DNA of 64,000 nucleotides from positions 7,037 through 71,036 of the forward strand of contig CAYPDR010000010.1 of NCBI GenBank assembly GCA_964409595.1, in the 5' to 3' direction. Shown here one piece after another: positions 59,711 through 64,000 of the stretch (position 1 is its first letter; each line of letters opens with the position of its first letter). The DNA comes from an uncultured Dehalococcoidia bacterium (GTDB taxonomy: Bacteria > Chloroflexota > Dehalococcoidia > Lucifugimonadales > UBA826). The notes under the pieces are model-generated. The model had not been told where the DNA came from, did no database searches, and was given only the letters and a program-made list of their open reading frames with translations. The translations under genes and the position numbers were made by a program.

Positions 59711-61039
59711 TTGTCTAATTCTCTGATCATCAAAAATGGCAGGGTAATCGATCCCTCCCAAAACATAGATAGAGTAACCGATTTGGTTGTGGAAGATGGA
59801 AACATTTCAGCAATAGACCGATTGGATTCAACATATGAAACATATGAAGTTTTCGATGCTACCGGCTTTATAGTAGCACCTGGTTTTATAGACCTACACT
59901 GTCATCTAAGGGAGCCCGGACAAGAATACAAAGAAACTATCGCGAGTGGAACAAAAGCAGCCGCGGCAGGAGGATTCACAACTGTCTGCGCAATGCCTAA
60001 CACCGAGCCACCATCAGATAACAGATCCGTTGTTGAGTTTGTGATCAAGAGGGCTCGAGAGGACGGTTGTATAAGAGTTCTACCTATTGGTTGCGTTACC
60101 AAGGGGAGTCAAGGCCTAGAATTATCTGAGATGGCAGACTTGGCTAGCGCCGGGGGTGTTGGTTTCAGCGATGATGGACACCCAGTAGCAGACCCAAACA
60201 TAATGAGGCAGGCCTTGAGTTACGGCAGCGGGCTACAACTTCCCATCATAAATCATTGCGAAGTACCGGAACTCGCGAGAGGAGCCTCAATGAACGAAGG
60301 CTGGGTTGCAACTAGATTGGGTATTAAAGGAATGCCGAATTCTGCGGAAGAAGTAATGGTAGCCCGCGATATATCATTGGCCGAACTCACCGGAGGACAT
60401 GTTCATTTGGCACATGTAAGTACCATCGGGACTCTTGACCTGGTTCGGGGAGCCAAAGCCAAAAACATTAGAATCTCATGTGAGATAACTCCTCATCATT
60501 TAACTTTAGTAGATGAAGCAGTTATGGGAATGAGCTCAGAAAATGGTCCTTTTGACCCCTTAACAACCAAATCTTATGACACTCGGGCTAAAGTCAACCC
60601 CCCTCTTAGGTCCACTATCGATATGCTGGCAATGTCTCAAGGGTTAAAGGACGGTACCATCGATTTCATAGCCACCGACCATGCACCTCACAGTTTGGTA
60701 GACAAACTATCCACATTTGAAGAAGCTGCGTTCGGGATTAGTGTACTAGAAACTGCTTTAGCATCCTCCCTTTCCTTAGTACACGAAGGTAAAATCGAAC
60801 TTCCATTATTAGTGTCCAAATTCACTTCAGAACCTGCCTCTTTTCTAAACAGCAACCTTGGCACCCTTCTACCTGGAAGGCCAGCAGATATCACCGTATT
60901 TGACCCTCATGAAACTTGGAAGGTGAATACATCAAAATTCGAATCCAAAGGAAAGAACACCCCTCTAGAGGGTAAAACCCTCAAGGGGAAAGTTAAGGTC
61001 ACTTACTATTCCGGCAAGAAAGTTTTCCAATCAATCTAA
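59711..61039 (+). CDS. pyrC: dihydroorotase (class I)
   Basis: DLHCHLREPG, KVNPPLR, ATDHAPH. Confidence 0.96.
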   Translation: MSNSLIIKNGRVIDPSQNIDRVTDLVVEDGNISAIDRLDSTYETYEVFDATGFIVAPGFIDLHCHLREPGQEYKETIASGTKAAAAGGFTTVCAMPNTEPPSDNRSVVEFVIKRAREDGCIRVLPIGCVTKGSQGLELSEMADLASAGGVGFSDDGHPVADPNIMRQALSYGSGLQLPIINHCEVPELARGASMNEGWVATRLGIKGMPNSAEEVMVARDISLAELTGGHVHLAHVSTIGTLDLVRGAKAKNIRISCEITPHHLTLVDEAVMGMSSENGPFDPLTTKSYDTRAKVNPPLRSTIDMLAMSQGLKDGTIDFIATDHAPHSLVDKLSTFEEAAFGISVLETALASSLSLVHEGKIELPLLVSKFTSEPASFLNSNLGTLLPGRPADITVFDPHETWKVNTSKFESKGKNTPLEGKTLKGKVKVTYYSGKKVFQSI

Positions 61040-61069
61040 ACCAAATTCACAAAAATAGGAACTTATAAA

Positions 61070-62173
61070 TTGGCAGACTCATCATCCCTTGTACTTCAAG
61101 ATGGATCCGTTTTCAAGGGAACATCATTTGGTGCCGACACCCCTGCATTTGGGGAAGTTGTGTTCAACACCTCCATGACCGGATACCAAGAGATGCTGAC
61201 CGATCCGTCCTATGCTGGACAGATCGTCGTACCGACATTTCCCATGATAGGGAACTATGGCATAAACGAACATGACAATGAATCCAGAAAAGTTCAAGTT
61301 TCTGGATTCGTTGTTCGCCAACATTGCGAAAAACCAAGCCATTTTGAAAGTACATCGAGCTTGAAAAATTTCTTACAAAGTCAACGCGTGGCCGGAATTA
61401 GTGAAGTTGATACTAGGGCTGTTGCTAGACGAATTAGAAAATACGGGGTCATGATGGGCGCCATTTCAGTGGGAATGACTACAGATGAAGCATTGCGCCA
61501 GTTAAAGGACCTACCGGGCTACGACGAAGTAGATTATGTGAAAAAAGTTAGCGCCCCTGGAAGATACGATTGGAACGAACCACTGCGAGGAAAACTGTCA
61601 GATTCGCCACAGCTTAAGATTCTAGTCTCCGACTTTGGTCTCAAGTTTAACATTCTTCGAATACTAACAACCAAGGGTTGCGAAGTAGAAGTTTTTCCTG
61701 GTAATTCGTCTGCAGAAGAATTACTAGGAAGAAACCCCGACGGGATTATGTTATCGCCTGGACCGGGCGACCCTAACCTGCTGGACTACACAGTGTCCAT
61801 GACAAAAAACTTGCTGGGAAGAGTCCCAGTGATGGGCATCTGCTTAGGTAACCAGGTGTTAGGCAGGGCACTAGGAGGAAAGACATACAAACTGAAATTT
61901 GGCCATCGAGGGGCAAATCACCCTGTCCGAGACGAATCAACGGGTAGGATACATATAACATCTCAAAATCACGGATACTCAATAGATCCAGAATCGCTTC
62001 CATCGGAGGTACAGATAAGCCACGTAAGCATGAATGACCAAACGGTCGAAGGTATAATGCACAGATCCATTCCTGCGATGAGTATCCAGTACCATTCGGA
62101 AGCGTCTCCTGGCCCTAGTGATAACCAATACATATTTGATCGTTTCTTAGACATGGTACGAGATACGAAGTAG
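61070..62173 (+). CDS. carA: carbamoyl-phosphate synthase small subunit
   Basis: GEVVFNTSMTGYQE, SPGPGDP, GICLG, QYHSEASPGP. Confidence 0.97.
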   Translation: MADSSSLVLQDGSVFKGTSFGADTPAFGEVVFNTSMTGYQEMLTDPSYAGQIVVPTFPMIGNYGINEHDNESRKVQVSGFVVRQHCEKPSHFESTSSLKNFLQSQRVAGISEVDTRAVARRIRKYGVMMGAISVGMTTDEALRQLKDLPGYDEVDYVKKVSAPGRYDWNEPLRGKLSDSPQLKILVSDFGLKFNILRILTTKGCEVEVFPGNSSAEELLGRNPDGIMLSPGPGDPNLLDYTVSMTKNLLGRVPVMGICLGNQVLGRALGGKTYKLKFGHRGANHPVRDESTGRIHITSQNHGYSIDPESLPSEVQISHVSMNDQTVEGIMHRSIPAMSIQYHSEASPGPSDNQYIFDRFLDMVRDTK

Positions 62174-62358
62174 ATGCTTTCCAAAAACATAGTTGCGATC
62201 GCCCATAGATGTGCGTCGTCATACTCCCCAGAAAACACAATCGCAGCTTTCGATTTAGCACAGCGAAGGTTGTTAATTCTGGCGCTGATGAAATGACGAT
62301 CAACTCTCCCTACAAACTTACCCAATTTCTCAAATGCAAAGGATACGTTATTGACTAA
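62174..62358 (+). pseudogene. internally deleted glycerophosphodiester phosphodiesterase remnant
   Basis: N-end IAHRCASSYSPENTIAAFDLA and, in another frame, C-end-like [15 protein letters not shown]...*, only 185 bp in total. Confidence 0.75.
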
Positions 62359-64000
62359 AGTTCTAAAGAAAGTTCTCGTGATCGGTTCAGGTCCTATAGT
62401 GATAGGTCAAGCAGCCGAATTTGACTACGCTGGAACACAAGCCTGCAAGTCTCTCCGGGAAGAAGGTATCGAAACTGTTCTCGTAAATTCAAACCCTGCG
62501 ACGATTATGACAGATGCAGATGTAGCGGACAGGGTTTATGTAGAGCCATTAACTGTCCCCGTTATTGAGAGAATTATTGAAAGAGAACAGCCAGATGGAT
62601 TACTCCCCACGTTAGGAGGGCAAACAGGATTAAATCTGGCGGTCAATTTGGCCGAAGCGGGAATTCTACGAAAGTATGACGTCAGATTACTAGGCAGCAG
62701 TATCGAAACTATCAAAAACGCGGAAGACCGCGCTCTCTTCCGGCAGATGTTGTCCGATATAGGTGAACCAGTTCCACCCAGCGAAATCGTGAATAACTTG
62801 GATGAAGCAAAATCTGCTCTTGAAAAAATCGGTCTACCCGCAGTAATCAGACCAGCCTATACATTGGGAGGAACAGGTGGTGGAATAGCGGAAAAAGTCG
62901 ATCAATTCGAAGATATAGTGCGCGGGGGACTCTCTGCAAGCCCCATCAATCAAGTGCTAATCGAGAAATCTATCGTTGGTTGGAAAGAGTTGGAGTATGA
63001 GGTGATGAGGGACAGTGCAGACAACTGCATAACCATCTGCAATATGGAGAACATCGATCCGATGGGAGTTCATACGGGAGATAGTATCGTTGTCGCTCCT
63101 AGCCAAACATTATCAGATAAAGACTATCAAATGCTAAGAACTGCAAGTCTCAACATAATTAGGAAACTTGGCATAGAGGGAGGTTGTAATGTGCAATTCG
63201 CACTGGCTCCCGGTGACGTTGTCGGGGAAACTCTCCCCGATCAGGGAAGAGATGGTAAAGGCTACTATGTGATCGAGGTAAATCCCCGAGTCAGCAGAAG
63301 CTCAGCGTTAGCCAGTAAGGCAACCGGATACCCAATCGCTCGAGTGGCTGCAAAAATCGCTGTCGGTAAAACCCTGGACGAGATACTCAATGCTGTAACC
63401 AATAAGACAATAGCTGCCTTTGAACCAGCCCTAGATTATTGTGTGGTGAAGATCCCACGGTGGCCATTTGACAAATTTCCGACAGGTGACCGGACTCTAG
63501 GTACCCAAATGAAGGCGACGGGGGAGGTGATGGCTATCGACAGGACTTTTGAGGCAGCGTTTCAAAAAGCAGTGAGATCATTAGAAATCGATAATAGATC
63601 AATTCTTTGGGAAGATCAAAATTGGACCACCCAAGGGAAACACGTCCTCGATAATATTCCAACGGAGCCAACGGACGAGAGACTCTGGGCGCTCCTTACA
63701 GCACTTCGAAGAAATGTCACTCCAGAAGAAATATCAAGAATAACTGGCGTGGATCCTTGGTTCACAAGAGCTTTCTCACGAATAACAAGTATGGAAAGTC
63801 GACTACTCTCAGAATCTATGAGCAGGGATCTTATTTTAGAAGCGAAGAGGCTTGGGTTCCCTGACGAAAGGATCGCTGTGCTGACGGATCGCAGCGGTGA
63901 AGAAGTTCGTAAAATTAGGCAAAGCTACGGAATCAAACCGGTGTTCAAAATGGTGGACACATGTGCGGCAGAATTCGAAGCCCAGACACCATACTTTTAC
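62351..64000 (+). CDS. carB: carbamoyl-phosphate synthase large subunit, truncated by the window end
   Basis: TTG start after AAGGA; [43 protein letters not shown]. Not in the ORF track. Confidence 0.97.
   Translation, partial: MTKVLKKVLVIGSGPIVIGQAAEFDYAGTQACKSLREEGIETVLVNSNPATIMTDADVADRVYVEPLTVPVIERIIEREQPDGLLPTLGGQTGLNLAVNLAEAGILRKYDVRLLGSSIETIKNAEDRALFRQMLSDIGEPVPPSEIVNNLDEAKSALEKIGLPAVIRPAYTLGGTGGGIAEKVDQFEDIVRGGLSASPINQVLIEKSIVGWKELEYEVMRDSADNCITICNMENIDPMGVHTGDSIVVAPSQTLSDKDYQMLRTASLNIIRKLGIEGGCNVQFALAPGDVVGETLPDQGRDGKGYYVIEVNPRVSRSSALASKATGYPIARVAAKIAVGKTLDEILNAVTNKTIAAFEPALDYCVVKIPRWPFDKFPTGDRTLGTQMKATGEVMAIDRTFEAAFQKAVRSLEIDNRSILWEDQNWTTQGKHVLDNIPTEPTDERLWALLTALRRNVTPEEISRITGVDPWFTRAFSRITSMESRLLSESMSRDLILEAKRLGFPDERIAVLTDRSGEEVRKIRQSYGIKPVFKMVDTCAAEFEAQTPYFY

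Noticed and set aside
21-62325. Many short antisense or alternate-frame ORFs in the track (e.g. 302-982, 5619-6200, 26657-27043, 28682-29038, 38078-38563, 49964-50479)
   Set aside because: They overlap well-supported genes on the other strand or frame and show no family motifs; treated as shadow ORFs.
1-64000. CRISPR array, rRNA genes, IS elements
   Set aside because: No regularly spaced repeats, rRNA-like sequence, transposase ORFs or terminal inverted repeats were seen.

Overview
A gene-dense bacterial chromosomal window. The gene set (many SDRs, enolase-superfamily enzymes, a Mo-hydroxylase, DUF5671-type membrane protein, long GreA, PyrR-regulated pyr operon) resembles marine Dehalococcoidia/SAR202 Chloroflexota; this is an inference from gene content. 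Housekeeping genes: holB, htpX, uvrA, greA, tgt, aroBK, rph and pyrR-pyrB-pyrC-carA-carB with a PyrR-binding loop and terminator in the leader. No tRNA, rRNA, CRISPR array or intact mobile element was found. Main observations: (1) a corrinoid methyl-transfer cluster (2.3-9.3 kb) with two Zn-thiol methyltransferases sharing one B12 protein, a RACo-type activator and three poorly characterised small proteins, but no folate-binding or MttB/MtaB module; (2) a GreA carrying an N-terminal XerD-like core-binding domain; (3) a ThrC-like + NIL + ubiquitin-like (GG-N) sulfur-carrier module; (4) a tandem SDR pair in which one copy lacks the catalytic Ser and Lys; (5) three damaged genes (AlaX nonsense remnant, frameshifted MBL hydrolase, internally deleted GDPD between carA and carB).
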